Of a stretch of DNA of 64,000 nucleotides, positions 20,893-30,604 are shown piece by piece. The stretch comes from Gemmatimonadota bacterium (lineage in GTDB: Bacteria > Gemmatimonadota > Gemmatimonadetes > Palauibacterales > Palauibacteraceae): NCBI GenBank assembly GCA_039589295.1, contig JBDHHR010000004.1, positions 26,554 to 90,553 on the forward strand. The letters run 5' to 3'. Under the pieces are notes generated by a model that did no database searches, had not been told where the DNA came from, and saw only the letters and a list, made by a program, of their open reading frames with translations. The first letter of the stretch is position 1; every line of letters starts with the position of its first letter. The position numbers and the translations under genes are program-made.

Positions 20893-22470
20893 TCACTCGC
20901 TCTCGTCGACGCCGTACACAAGCATGCGATCGAAACGGGTTTCGTCCTCCCCTCCGATCAGCGGTGCCCGATGGGCGCGGACTTCGATCTGCTCGATAAG
21001 GGCATCCACCGATGCCGCCGTTCTCGCCAGGAACGGCTGTGGATAGACTCCGATCAGGATGATCATGACCAGCACGGGGAGCAACACGATACGCTCGCGT
21101 AGACCTATATCCGCCAGCTCCCGGTTCTCCTCCTTCTCGAGCTCACCGTACAGGATCCGCTGCACCATCGGCAGCATGTAGGCGGCGGCGAAGATCACCC
21201 CCGTGGCGGCCAGGAAGGCGACGACCGGGTACCTTCGGAAAGTTCCCAGCAGGATCAGGAATTCCCCTATGAACCCGTTGGTTCCCGGAAGGCCGATGGA
21301 ACTGAGGGCCACAAGCACGAAGGCAGCCGCGAAGGCAGGCATCACCCTGGCGATTCCGCCGAAGTCATCGATCAACCGGGTGTTGCGTCGTTCGTAGAGC
21401 ATCCCCACCAGTAGAAACAGGGCGCCGGTGGATATACCGTGGTTCACCATCTGCAGAATACCGCCCTGGAGCCCTTGGGTAGTGAGAGTGAAGAGCCCGA
21501 GCATAACAAACCCCAGGTGGGCAACAGAAGTGTAAGCCACGAGCTTCTTTGCGTCCGGCTGCACCGCTGCCACCCAGGCACCGTAGATGATGCCTATCAA
21601 GCTCAGGATCAGGATCGTGTTGACTACCGGCGCGCTGGTCGCCGCATGCGAGAAGAAAGGCAGCGCGAAACGAAGGAACCCGTAGGTGCCCATCTTCAGC
21701 AGCACGCCGGCCAGAATCACGGACCCGGCCGTGGGAGCCTCGACGTGGGCATCCGGCAGCCAGGTGTGGACCGGGAACAGGGGAACCTTGATCGCGAAGG
21801 CCAGGGCGAATGCGCCGAACAGCCAGAACTGGAGGTCACGGGCAATAGGCAGCTGCACGAGCTCGTTGTAGGCGAAAGTGACCACCCCGAACTGGCGGGA
21901 GTACAGGTACACCATCACCACGATTGCCACGAGCATGAGTAGCGAGCCGATCGCGGTGAAGAGGAAGAACTTCACGGCCGCGTAGATCCGACGCTCACCA
22001 CCCCATACCCCGATGATGAAGTACATCGGGATAAGCATTAACTCCCAGAAGACGAAGAACAGGAAGAGGTCCAGCGCGACGAACACGCCCAGCATGGCCG
22101 TGAGCAGCAGCAGCATCATCGCGTAGTACGCGCGCTGGTTCTTCTGGATGTAGGTGAAGGATCCGAGGATGGCCAGCGGGGTGACGAACGTGGTCAGGAG
22201 CACCATCAGTAGGGAGATCCCGTCGATACCGACCGTGTAGCCGATTCCCCACGCCTCGATCCATGGAATGGAAATGTAGTTTTGTAAAGCCGCCGTGCCG
22301 GTGCGGAAGACCCAGAAGAGTGGCAGCGAGAGAAGGAACGTGACCACGCCCGCGATCAGGGCTACGAACCTGGCCCGGTCCTCGCGTACGGCGAGACACA
22401 GTCCCCCCCCGACAAGCGGTACGATCAGCAGCAGGTTCAGGACCCAGTGGCTTGTGAAGAATGCGCTCAC
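20893..22470 (-). CDS. nuoM: NADH-quinone oxidoreductase subunit M
   Basis: FWELMLIP, FAIKVPLFPVHTWLPDAHVEAPTAGS, GLPGTNGFIGE. Confidence 0.96.
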   Translation of the reverse strand: MSAFFTSHWVLNLLLIVPLVGGGLCLAVREDRARFVALIAGVVTFLLSLPLFWVFRTGTAALQNYISIPWIEAWGIGYTVGIDGISLLMVLLTTFVTPLAILGSFTYIQKNQRAYYAMMLLLLTAMLGVFVALDLFLFFVFWELMLIPMYFIIGVWGGERRIYAAVKFFLFTAIGSLLMLVAIVVMVYLYSRQFGVVTFAYNELVQLPIARDLQFWLFGAFALAFAIKVPLFPVHTWLPDAHVEAPTAGSVILAGVLLKMGTYGFLRFALPFFSHAATSAPVVNTILILSLIGIIYGAWVAAVQPDAKKLVAYTSVAHLGFVMLGLFTLTTQGLQGGILQMVNHGISTGALFLLVGMLYERRNTRLIDDFGGIARVMPAFAAAFVLVALSSIGLPGTNGFIGEFLILLGTFRRYPVVAFLAATGVIFAAAYMLPMVQRILYGELEKEENRELADIGLRERIVLLPVLVMIILIGVYPQPFLARTAASVDALIEQIEVRAHRAPLIGGEDETRFDRMLVYGVDESE

Positions 22471-22494
22471 CGGTCTATGCGCTCACCGATTGGC

Positions 22495-24528
22495 TCACAG
22501 CAGGAAGGCCGCGAGTATCACTATTACACCGGTAACGAACCAGAACATGTACCCGGCTACTCGGCCGGTCTGGAAGAGGCTCCCCACCCAGCCGACCATG
22601 CGGGAGCCCGAGGCCAACGTGTTCAGCGTGCCGTCTATGAGTCCGGCGTCGACAATTCGCCAGCAGCCTCGCCACAGGGCCAGCAGCGGCCGGATCACCA
22701 GTCGATCGTACAGCTCGTCGACGTACCACTTGTTGTACAGAATCCCCGCGATGCCTGGTGGCTCCGGAGCCTTCGCGGCTGCGAGGTAGCGTCGCCGCGC
22801 GAGTGCCCGGAAAGTCAGGATGACAACGAGGAGCGAAAGGCAGGTTGACAGGCCGGCCCAGAACGCCTCTCCGCCTCCCGGTGCCACCACGTTGGCCTGA
22901 CTGAAACCGTGCTCCGTCATCACGTGGCGGGCCGGCTCGAACACCGGTTGCAGCCAGTGGTGGAAAGCCTCCACTGTCGGGAGGGCAGGCAGGGTCTCGG
23001 GGATGTTCACCCAACCGCCGATAACGGACAGCCCGGCCAGGATGACCAGGGGTGCCCACATCACGGCCGGCACTTCGCGAAGGTGTCGGCGAACACCCTC
23101 AGGCGTTCGGCTTTCTCCGTGAAAGGTCATGACCATGAGACGGGTCATGTACCCGGCTGTCAGGAAGGCGGTCAGTATCGACACCGCCCACAACAGGCCG
23201 TAGCCGTAAGTACCCGAGCTCCAGATGATCTCGTCCTTCGAGAAGAAGCCAGCCAAGGGGAAGATTCCGGCAATCGCCAGCGCGCCGACCCACATCGTCC
23301 CCCAGGTGATCGGCATTGCCGTCTTGAGGCCCCCGTGGTTGCGCATGTCGTTGGGGTCGTGGTGGTGGCCCGCCGCGTGAAGCGCGTGGTGCATCGCGTG
23401 GATCACCGCACCCGACCCCAGAAACAGCAGGGCTTTGAAGAAGGCATGCGTCATCAGGTGGAATACGCCAGCCGTGTAGGCACCGATTCCCACCGCCAGA
23501 AACATGTAGCCGAGCTGCGAAACCGTGCTGTAAGCCAGGACCTTCTTGATGTCGCATTGCTGGGTGGCGATGGTCGCGGCGAAGAGGGCCGTCCCTGCCC
23601 CGACCGCCGCCACCACGGCCTGCGACACCGGTGCCAGGGCGAACAGGACGCTGGCGCGGGCCACCAGATACACTCCTGCGGTGACCATCGTCGCGGCATG
23701 TATCAGGGCGGAGACCGGCGTGGGGCCGGCCATAGCATCCGGCAGCCACACGTGGAGTGGAATCTGCGCCGACTTTCCCGTGCACCCCAGGAACAGCAGC
23801 AGAGTCATGATGGTCACGACGGCACCCCCGTACGGCAGAACTTCCGGGGCCGCCGCGAAGACCGGTCCGAAGGCCAGAGTTCCGAAGTGGCTGAAGATGA
23901 GGAACATCGCCACCAGGAAGCCGAAATCACCAATCCGGTTGACTATGAACGCTTTCTTCCCCGCGCTCGCGAAGTCTCTGTTCTCGTACCAGAAGCCGAT
24001 GAGGAGGTAGGAGCACAGGCCCACGCCCTCCCAGCCAACGAACATGACCGGAAAACTCCCGGCCATGACCAGGATGAGCATGAAGAACACGAACAGGTTC
24101 AGATAGGAGAAGTACCGGGAATAGCCCGGATCCTCGCCCATGTAACCCACGCTGTAGACGTGAATGACCGAGCTGACGCCTGTAACCACCATCATCATCA
24201 GCAGCGATAGCTGGTCGAACTGGAGATCGACGCCGATCGTCAGATCGCCCACGGACATCCACGTCCACAGGGTAACCAGGCTCGCTTCGTGGGGCCCCGT
24301 CGCCCGCATGGCGATGAAGTTCACCAGCACCAGGAGGAAGGAGCCTATGACGGCCAGGGGTCCCACCACGCTCGGTACGGTCCTGTTCTTCCGCCACACG
24401 AAGGCGCCGAGCCCGTTCACCACGAACCCGATCAGCGGCAGCAGGAGAATCAGACCCGGAAGAACGGGGCTGAATCCAGCCTCCGCCTGCGGAACGAGGT
24501 GCGCAAGGACCTCCAGGGAATTCACCAT
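22495..24528 (-). CDS. nuoL: NADH-quinone oxidoreductase subunit L
   Basis: [52 protein letters not shown]. Confidence 0.97.
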   Translation of the reverse strand: MVNSLEVLAHLVPQAEAGFSPVLPGLILLLPLIGFVVNGLGAFVWRKNRTVPSVVGPLAVIGSFLLVLVNFIAMRATGPHEASLVTLWTWMSVGDLTIGVDLQFDQLSLLMMMVVTGVSSVIHVYSVGYMGEDPGYSRYFSYLNLFVFFMLILVMAGSFPVMFVGWEGVGLCSYLLIGFWYENRDFASAGKKAFIVNRIGDFGFLVAMFLIFSHFGTLAFGPVFAAAPEVLPYGGAVVTIMTLLLFLGCTGKSAQIPLHVWLPDAMAGPTPVSALIHAATMVTAGVYLVARASVLFALAPVSQAVVAAVGAGTALFAATIATQQCDIKKVLAYSTVSQLGYMFLAVGIGAYTAGVFHLMTHAFFKALLFLGSGAVIHAMHHALHAAGHHHDPNDMRNHGGLKTAMPITWGTMWVGALAIAGIFPLAGFFSKDEIIWSSGTYGYGLLWAVSILTAFLTAGYMTRLMVMTFHGESRTPEGVRRHLREVPAVMWAPLVILAGLSVIGGWVNIPETLPALPTVEAFHHWLQPVFEPARHVMTEHGFSQANVVAPGGGEAFWAGLSTCLSLLVVILTFRALARRRYLAAAKAPEPPGIAGILYNKWYVDELYDRLVIRPLLALWRGCWRIVDAGLIDGTLNTLASGSRMVGWVGSLFQTGRVAGYMFWFVTGVIVILAAFLL

Positions 24529-24821
24529 TTGAGGAGATTGAAGCGGTCGACGTCGACCAGTTCATAGTGCCGGAAGATGGCGATGATGATGCCCAGACCG
24601 ACTGCTGCCTCCGCCGCTGCCACCGCCATGACGAAGAAAACGAACACCTGCCCCTCGATCCCCACCGACCGTGAGAATACGACCAGCGTCAGGTTCACGG
24701 CGTTCAGCATCAACTCTACGCACATGAATACGATGATCGCGTTCCGGCGTAGCAGTACACCCGCCACTCCGGTGGAAAACAGCATCGCGCTCAGAATGAG
24801 CGAGTAACTCTCGATATTCAT
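24522..24821 (-). CDS. nuoK: NADH-quinone oxidoreductase subunit K
   Basis: [21 protein letters not shown]. Confidence 0.96.
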   Translation of the reverse strand: MNIESYSLILSAMLFSTGVAGVLLRRNAIIVFMCVELMLNAVNLTLVVFSRSVGIEGQVFVFFVMAVAAAEAAVGLGIIIAIFRHYELVDVDRFNLLKW

Positions 24822-25345
24822 GGCGACTGCCGCCGCGCCAGCACGACGGCCCCGACTATGGCCACCAGAAGGAGCAGTGATGTGATCTCGAAAGGAACCA
24901 GGTAGCTGCGGAACAGAGGGTCGGCCACCGCTCCTACTGCTCCGCTGGAGCGGAGCAGGGCATCGATGGTTGTTTGTCCTATTCCGCCCGCCATTCCCGT
25001 CTCCTCACCGCGGCCCAGCATGGCGACCATAAGGGCGAATACCGCTGCACCGGCCACGATCGCCACGAGCCGGTGCACCGGACCCCGCAGATCGCTACTT
25101 CTGCCGTGGCCAAGGTTCAGGAGCATGATCACGAAGAGGAACAGCACCAGGATTGCGCCCGCATAAACGATGATGTTGACCGCCGCTATGAAGTGCGCTT
25201 CGAGAAGCACGAAAATCCCCGACAGTGCGAAGAAGGAGAGTGCCAGGTACATGAGGCTGGCTACCGGGTTGCGGCTGGCTACCATCGCCACCGCGCCGGC
25301 GATGGCCATAACGGCAAAAAGGGCGAAGAAGAAGTCGACGATCAT
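24818..25345 (-). CDS. nuoJ: NADH-quinone oxidoreductase subunit J
   Basis: [35 protein letters not shown]. Confidence 0.95.
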   Translation of the reverse strand: MIVDFFFALFAVMAIAGAVAMVASRNPVASLMYLALSFFALSGIFVLLEAHFIAAVNIIVYAGAILVLFLFVIMLLNLGHGRSSDLRGPVHRLVAIVAGAAVFALMVAMLGRGEETGMAGGIGQTTIDALLRSSGAVGAVADPLFRSYLVPFEITSLLLLVAIVGAVVLARRQSP

Positions 25346-25839
25346 TCGGACGCCGGGTCTGCGGGGTCCCAGAGCGCCGTGACCGGATGGTCGTTTTCGC
25401 ACAGCCTCTCGAGGTCGTACACCCACCTCTCACGGCTGTATTCGGCGTTCTCGTAATGCACTCCCAAGTGAATCGCCTCAACGGGGCACACCTCCTGGCA
25501 GAAGCCGCAGAAGATGCAGCGAAACTCGTCGATCTCGTAGATCGCCGCGTACCTCTCGCCGCTCTCGTCTTCCGCCGGAACGAGCTTTATGCAGTTCACC
25601 GGACAGACGGTGGGGCACAGCCCGCAGCCAACGCACTTGGCCCGCCCGTCCTCGTGTGTGGCCATCCGGTGGGTGCCGCGAAATCGTGCCGAGAGCTCCC
25701 ATTTCTCGTCGGGGTACTGCTGGGTGACCTTCCGTGGCCTGAGAAAGTGTCTGAGCGTGATCCCCAGTCCCTTGGAGATCGCTCGCACGTAGGAGCCCTG
25801 CCTCTCCGGCCGCTGCACCACCTTCACCGTTCCGGGCAT
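25342..25839 (-). CDS. nuoI: NADH-quinone oxidoreductase subunit I
   Basis: Two ferredoxin motifs CVGCGLCPTVCP and CIFCGFCQEVCP; TQQYPDE, RFRG. Confidence 0.95.
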   Translation of the reverse strand: MPGTVKVVQRPERQGSYVRAISKGLGITLRHFLRPRKVTQQYPDEKWELSARFRGTHRMATHEDGRAKCVGCGLCPTVCPVNCIKLVPAEDESGERYAAIYEIDEFRCIFCGFCQEVCPVEAIHLGVHYENAEYSRERWVYDLERLCENDHPVTALWDPADPASE

Positions 25840-25840
25840 C

Positions 25841-27121
25841 CTACTCCACGTCTCTCCTTCCCACTGGCCCCGGATCGACCTCCGGCGGCGCCAGCCGTTT
25901 GCGCGACCGCGCCGTGGCCCCTCTGACAAGGGCTCCGCGATCCACGACGAACAGGAGAACCAGCAGGAGCACGAAGTTTACGGCCAGCAGCACCGCGGCG
26001 TAGCGCGGTCCGACCTCGATCCGGGCCGAGTCCAGCAGGTACATCACCAGGCCGATGAGCATGATGTATCCCATGAGTCCGGGCAGGAACACTTTCCACC
26101 CCAGATCCATCAGCTGGTCGTAGCGGAACCGAGGGATGGTCCACCGGATCCACATGAACACGAACACCACCAGAGCCGTCTTGACACCAAACGAGACAAA
26201 CGTCAGAAGCGTCTTCCACCAGGTCGGGTCCCCGAGAACGGTGCCGTCGGCCAGGACTCGGATGTTGTCGCCGCTCCAGAGCGGGATGTCCCATCCACCC
26301 AAGAAGAACACAGTCACCAGCGCACCGGTCGTTATCAGGTGCGCATACTCACCGAGAAAGAACATCCCGAACTTCATCGACGAGTACTCGGTATGGAATC
26401 CGCCGACCAGCTCCGCCTCCGCTTCCGGCAGGTCGAACGGCACCCTGTTCGTTTCGGCCAGCGACGACACGAACAGGAAGAACGCCGACAGCAGGAGAGG
26501 AAGGACGAACCACGTCCCATAGGTCGCGGGCCCCTCGGCGTAGCCCTGCTGCATGGCCACCAGCGCCGGCATTTCAACGTTCCCTGCCAGCATCAGCACC
26601 GGGATAAGACTCATGGCCAGCGCGATCTCGTAGCTGACCATCTGGGCTGATCCTCGCAGACCTCCGAGGAACGAGTACTTGCTGTTCGAGGCCCATCCTC
26701 CCATCACGACTCCGTAGACGCCCAGGGACGCGATGGCCAGCACGTACAGAAAGCCCACCGGGACATCGGCGACGATCATGTCCACCAATCCCCACCGGGT
26801 CGGAAGCGGAGCGCCGAAGGGTATCACCCCGAACAACACTGTCGCCGGCACGAGCGCGAGCACGGGCGCCAGCAAAAAAAACTTCCGGTGCGCTCCCCCC
26901 GGGGTCACCTCTTCCTTGAGGATGAACTTGAGGCCGTCGGCCGCCACCTGCAGCAGGCCAAGCGGTCCCACCCGGTTCGGACCACTACGATCCTGTATGA
27001 AGCCGGCGACCTTTCTCTCGGCGTACGTGGAGAGGGCCACGAAGACCATCAGCAGGGTGAAGAAGACGACCACCTTCACGAAGGTGAACACCACGAAGGC
27101 CGTGACGCCGAGCGAACCCAC
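25841..27121 (-). CDS. nuoH: NADH-quinone oxidoreductase subunit H
   Basis: ERKVAGFIQDRSGPNRVG, ETNRVPFDLPEAE, RFRYDQLM; GTG at 27121 after GAGGGG. Confidence 0.95.
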   Translation of the reverse strand: MGSLGVTAFVVFTFVKVVVFFTLLMVFVALSTYAERKVAGFIQDRSGPNRVGPLGLLQVAADGLKFILKEEVTPGGAHRKFFLLAPVLALVPATVLFGVIPFGAPLPTRWGLVDMIVADVPVGFLYVLAIASLGVYGVVMGGWASNSKYSFLGGLRGSAQMVSYEIALAMSLIPVLMLAGNVEMPALVAMQQGYAEGPATYGTWFVLPLLLSAFFLFVSSLAETNRVPFDLPEAEAELVGGFHTEYSSMKFGMFFLGEYAHLITTGALVTVFFLGGWDIPLWSGDNIRVLADGTVLGDPTWWKTLLTFVSFGVKTALVVFVFMWIRWTIPRFRYDQLMDLGWKVFLPGLMGYIMLIGLVMYLLDSARIEVGPRYAAVLLAVNFVLLLVLLFVVDRGALVRGATARSRKRLAPPEVDPGPVGRRDVE

Positions 27122-27129
27122 GTCGCCCC

Positions 27130-28713
27130 TCAGTCCACCGCGAGGACCGGCGTGCCGGCCTCGGATAGAGTCGCGCCCTTGAGACCCAGCCCGGCCCACG
27201 ACAGTCCTTCCATGGGCTGAGTCTCGGACGCCATGGCGTCGAAAGCGCTCTGGACATCACTGGCCTCATCAGCCGCGCCGAGACGGGAAAGAATCCTGCC
27301 GATCACCATCCACGCGGGACGGGCCACGCCCGGCGGCTGCAGCGCCTGATGGAATCTCTGCAAGCGTCCCTCATGGTTCACGAACGTTCCATCCATCTCG
27401 GCGAACGTCGTGACCGGCAATACAGCGGTAGCGTTGCCGGTGGCGGTAGAAAGGTGCGAGCCGATATACAGGAAGAAGCTGGCCCTCGCTCCATACCCTT
27501 CCGGCACCTCGGTCAGACGGTCCCCCATCACCACCAGGAGTTTCCCCGGCTCGCCCGGGGGAAGCTCGGCCGCTTCCTCGAACCCGAACAGCTCGGCGCC
27601 GGCGACGTTGGCGGCGCGCTGCGAACGGAGCTTCAGCCTTGGAAAACCGGATAGGGTCGCTTGCTCCCCTGTCGTCACCCGGAACGTGCCGCTTCCAACC
27701 GATAGCGCTGAAAGGAGTTTCCGCAGATAGAACAGGCTCTCGCACGCTTCGCCCGCCGAAGTGACTGCCGATCCGCCGTTCTCCGCCCGGAGCCGCTCCG
27801 CCGTCCAAGCCAGCGCCTCGCTCCACCCTACGGCCTCCAGATCCCCGTTCCGGCGGATCAGCGGGGCCTCCGTCCGCAGACCCCGGTTCGCCATCACCAG
27901 GTGTTTGCGCCCATGGTCGCACATCCAGTACGCATTGACCTCCGGATTGTAGCGCGGCTTCACGCGGACGATCTGGTTTTCCGTGACATTGATGTCGATG
28001 TTGCATCCGGTCGAGCAGCCGGGACACACGCTGGGCGTGTTGTCCATGTCCCACGCCCTGGCCTTGAACACGAAGTCCTCGTGCACCAGGGCGCCGACCG
28101 GGCAGACATCGACGATGTTGCCACGGAACTCGCTCTCCAGATCTCTTCCGGGAAACGTGTCGATGTAGGCCGTATGCCCGCGCTGGGCCACGATGAGCGT
28201 ATTGTCGCCGGCCACATCCTCCATGAACCGGACACACCTGGTGCACAGGATGCATCGGTCGCCGAAGTACAGGATGTCCTCGGCTATCCTGTCCCGGCCC
28301 AGCACGACCTTGGCTTCGGCGTACCGGCTCTTCAGTTGCCCCGTCTCGAAAGCATAGTCCTGCAACATGCACTGGCCGGCCGCGTCGCAGATGGGACAGT
28401 CGAGCGGGTGGTTGAGAAGCAGGAACTCTATCACCGACCTGCGGGCCAGGCTGGCCTCGTGGCTGTCCGTCTGCACTACCATCCCGTCCTGGGCCGGGAA
28501 GACGCACGAGGGCTGGAGCTTGGGCTGCCCCTCGATCTCCACCAGGCACATCCGGCACTGGGCCGGCCTGGTGGGGATGCCCGGATGATAACAGTAATGG
28601 GGCACTACTACGCCCACCCGTTCCGCGGCCTGAAGTACAGTCGACCCCTGAGGGACGGTTACCGCCACCCCGTCTATCGTGAGAGAGATTGATCCCCTGA
28701 CTTCTTCGCTCAT
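27130..28713 (-). CDS. nuoG: NADH-quinone oxidoreductase subunit G (short form)
   Basis: CYHP...CRMC, HPLDCPICD...C, CILCTRC...CPVGAL, CPGCSTGC...MCD Fe-S motifs. Confidence 0.92.
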   Translation of the reverse strand: MSEEVRGSISLTIDGVAVTVPQGSTVLQAAERVGVVVPHYCYHPGIPTRPAQCRMCLVEIEGQPKLQPSCVFPAQDGMVVQTDSHEASLARRSVIEFLLLNHPLDCPICDAAGQCMLQDYAFETGQLKSRYAEAKVVLGRDRIAEDILYFGDRCILCTRCVRFMEDVAGDNTLIVAQRGHTAYIDTFPGRDLESEFRGNIVDVCPVGALVHEDFVFKARAWDMDNTPSVCPGCSTGCNIDINVTENQIVRVKPRYNPEVNAYWMCDHGRKHLVMANRGLRTEAPLIRRNGDLEAVGWSEALAWTAERLRAENGGSAVTSAGEACESLFYLRKLLSALSVGSGTFRVTTGEQATLSGFPRLKLRSQRAANVAGAELFGFEEAAELPPGEPGKLLVVMGDRLTEVPEGYGARASFFLYIGSHLSTATGNATAVLPVTTFAEMDGTFVNHEGRLQRFHQALQPPGVARPAWMVIGRILSRLGAADEASDVQSAFDAMASETQPMEGLSWAGLGLKGATLSEAGTPVLAVD

Positions 28714-28741
28714 TCGTGAAGCGGACCTCTCGGCCTTCCGA

Positions 28742-30019
28742 TCAGGCCCCGTTGCCAATCAGCGCCTCGTACTCGCCCCCGAACTTGTCCAGCGACGAGC
28801 GGAGCGGGAACACTACGCTGTCGGCTAGCGGACATATGGTTCTGCCCGTGAGCTGCTCACACAGGTGGTACAGGGTATCGATGTCCGACGGGCTCCCCTC
28901 CCCCACCTCGATCCGATGGAGGATCTTCGCCGCCCACGACGTCCCCTCGCGGCACTGCACACATTGGCCGCACGACTCATGCGCGTAGAACTGGGCGATC
29001 CTCCGCATGGCGCGCACGATGTTCGTGTCCTCATCCATGACGATCGGCGACGCCGTGCCCAGGGCGCTCCCCGCTTCCAGCATTCCTTCGTACGTCGTGG
29101 GGCAGTCCAATTCGTTCGCGGTCAGCAGCGGAGTGGAGGAGCCGCCGGGAATGACGGCCTTCACGGCTTTCCCGTCGCGTGGGCCGCCGCACACGTCGTA
29201 AATTATCTCCTTGAGTGGGACGCCCAGCGGAAGCTCGTAGTTGCCGGGCCGCGTCAGGTGCCCCGAACAGCACCACAGCTTCGTACCAGGGCTCTTCTCG
29301 GTGCCCCATTGGCGGTACCAGTCCGCACCGTTGCTGAGGATCATGGGGATGGCCGCCAGGGTTTCCACGTTGTTGACGGTGGTCGGGCGCCCGAAGATAC
29401 CGGACTGGGCCGGGAACGGGGGTTTCACGCGAGGCTCGGCCCGGCCACCCATCAACGAGCTCATCAGTCCCGTCTCCTCGCCGGCGATGTACGCCCCGGC
29501 CCCGATGTGCACCGTGATGTCGCAGCTCCACCCGCTTCCCAGGATGTCCTCGCCCACGTATCCGGCCTCGTACGCCTCCACGACCGCGTCCGCCAGAATG
29601 CGGCTGAACGGAAAGAACTCGCCGCGTACATAGATGTAGGCGTGTTCCGCGCGGATCGCCCGTGCGGCAATGAGGCATCCCTCGATCAGGAGGTGCGGCA
29701 CCCAGCGGAGAATCTCGCGGTCCTTGAACGCCCCCGGCTCGCTCTCGTCCGCGTTGCAGCAGAGGTAGTGTAGTCCGTCGGGCTCGTTGGGCATGAAGCT
29801 CCATTTCAGGCCGGTTGGGAATCCGGCTCCTCCCCTTCCGCGAAGGCCCGAGTCCTTCACCGCGCCTGTGATGGCGTCGGGGTCCAACTCCAGGGCCTTG
29901 CGAAGCGCCTCGTAGCCGTCTCGGGCCAGCCACCCTTCCAGGGTGCGCGCATCCTCCTCACCGAAGTGACGAGAAAGCAGGGTGTTGACTTCGAGCGGGT
30001 GGCTATGTGGATAGCCCAT
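28742..30019 (-). CDS. nuoF: NADH-quinone oxidoreductase subunit F
   Basis: SGLRGRGGAGFPTGLKW, NADESEPG, GAGAYIAGEET, ESCGQCVQCREG. Confidence 0.96.
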   Translation of the reverse strand: MGYPHSHPLEVNTLLSRHFGEEDARTLEGWLARDGYEALRKALELDPDAITGAVKDSGLRGRGGAGFPTGLKWSFMPNEPDGLHYLCCNADESEPGAFKDREILRWVPHLLIEGCLIAARAIRAEHAYIYVRGEFFPFSRILADAVVEAYEAGYVGEDILGSGWSCDITVHIGAGAYIAGEETGLMSSLMGGRAEPRVKPPFPAQSGIFGRPTTVNNVETLAAIPMILSNGADWYRQWGTEKSPGTKLWCCSGHLTRPGNYELPLGVPLKEIIYDVCGGPRDGKAVKAVIPGGSSTPLLTANELDCPTTYEGMLEAGSALGTASPIVMDEDTNIVRAMRRIAQFYAHESCGQCVQCREGTSWAAKILHRIEVGEGSPSDIDTLYHLCEQLTGRTICPLADSVVFPLRSSLDKFGGEYEALIGNGA

Positions 30020-30033
30020 GTAGTCGGTTCGGC

Positions 30034-30576
30034 CTATTCCAGGTCGTCGAGGATAGTCGGCACTCTTTCGGCCGCAACCTCTTCGATGTAGCTGTCGTTG
30101 ATCTGGACGGCGGTGGCAAAGCCACACGCACCCAGACACTCGGCCTCGATGACCGTGAACTTCCCGTCCTCCGATATCTCACCGGGCCTGGTTCCGGTGT
30201 TGGCCAGGAACGCCTCGAACACGTCGTCCGCGCCATTGAGATGGCAGGAGATGCAGGTACAGACCTGAATCAGGTGCCGGCCGACAGGATGCTCGTTGTA
30301 CATCGTGTAGAAACTGACCACGGACTGTACGTATGCCGGCGTCAACTCCAGCGCTTCGGCAATCTGCTCCATGGCGTCCGCCGACACCCAGCCGTTCCGC
30401 TCCTGGGCGTAGGCCAGCATCGGCAGTAGCGCCGCCCGCTTCTGGGGATAGCGGCTCAGGGCCTTTTCCAGTCGATCCCGCCCCTCTTCGTCCTCGAACA
30501 GTCTCTCGGTGGGACGCAGCTCGGCCACCTGGAACGGCTGCGCACCGACGACCGCCGGATGTATCTCTCTCTTCAA
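30034..30576 (-). CDS. nuoE: NADH-quinone oxidoreductase subunit E
   Basis: SFYTMY, VCTCISC, ECLGACG 2Fe-2S motifs. Confidence 0.94.
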   Translation of the reverse strand: MKREIHPAVVGAQPFQVAELRPTERLFEDEEGRDRLEKALSRYPQKRAALLPMLAYAQERNGWVSADAMEQIAEALELTPAYVQSVVSFYTMYNEHPVGRHLIQVCTCISCHLNGADDVFEAFLANTGTRPGEISEDGKFTVIEAECLGACGFATAVQINDSYIEEVAAERVPTILDDLE

Positions 30577-30604
30577 CTCTATTCAGCTCTCCAGGACAGG
30601 GAAA

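Noticed and set aside
19083-20999. 638-aa plus-strand ORF, and similar long antisense ORFs (9995-11422, 22909-24210, 31721-33025, 48019-49329)
   Set aside because: Shadow ORFs opposite well-supported genes; expected from GC-rich codon bias, with no recognisable motifs
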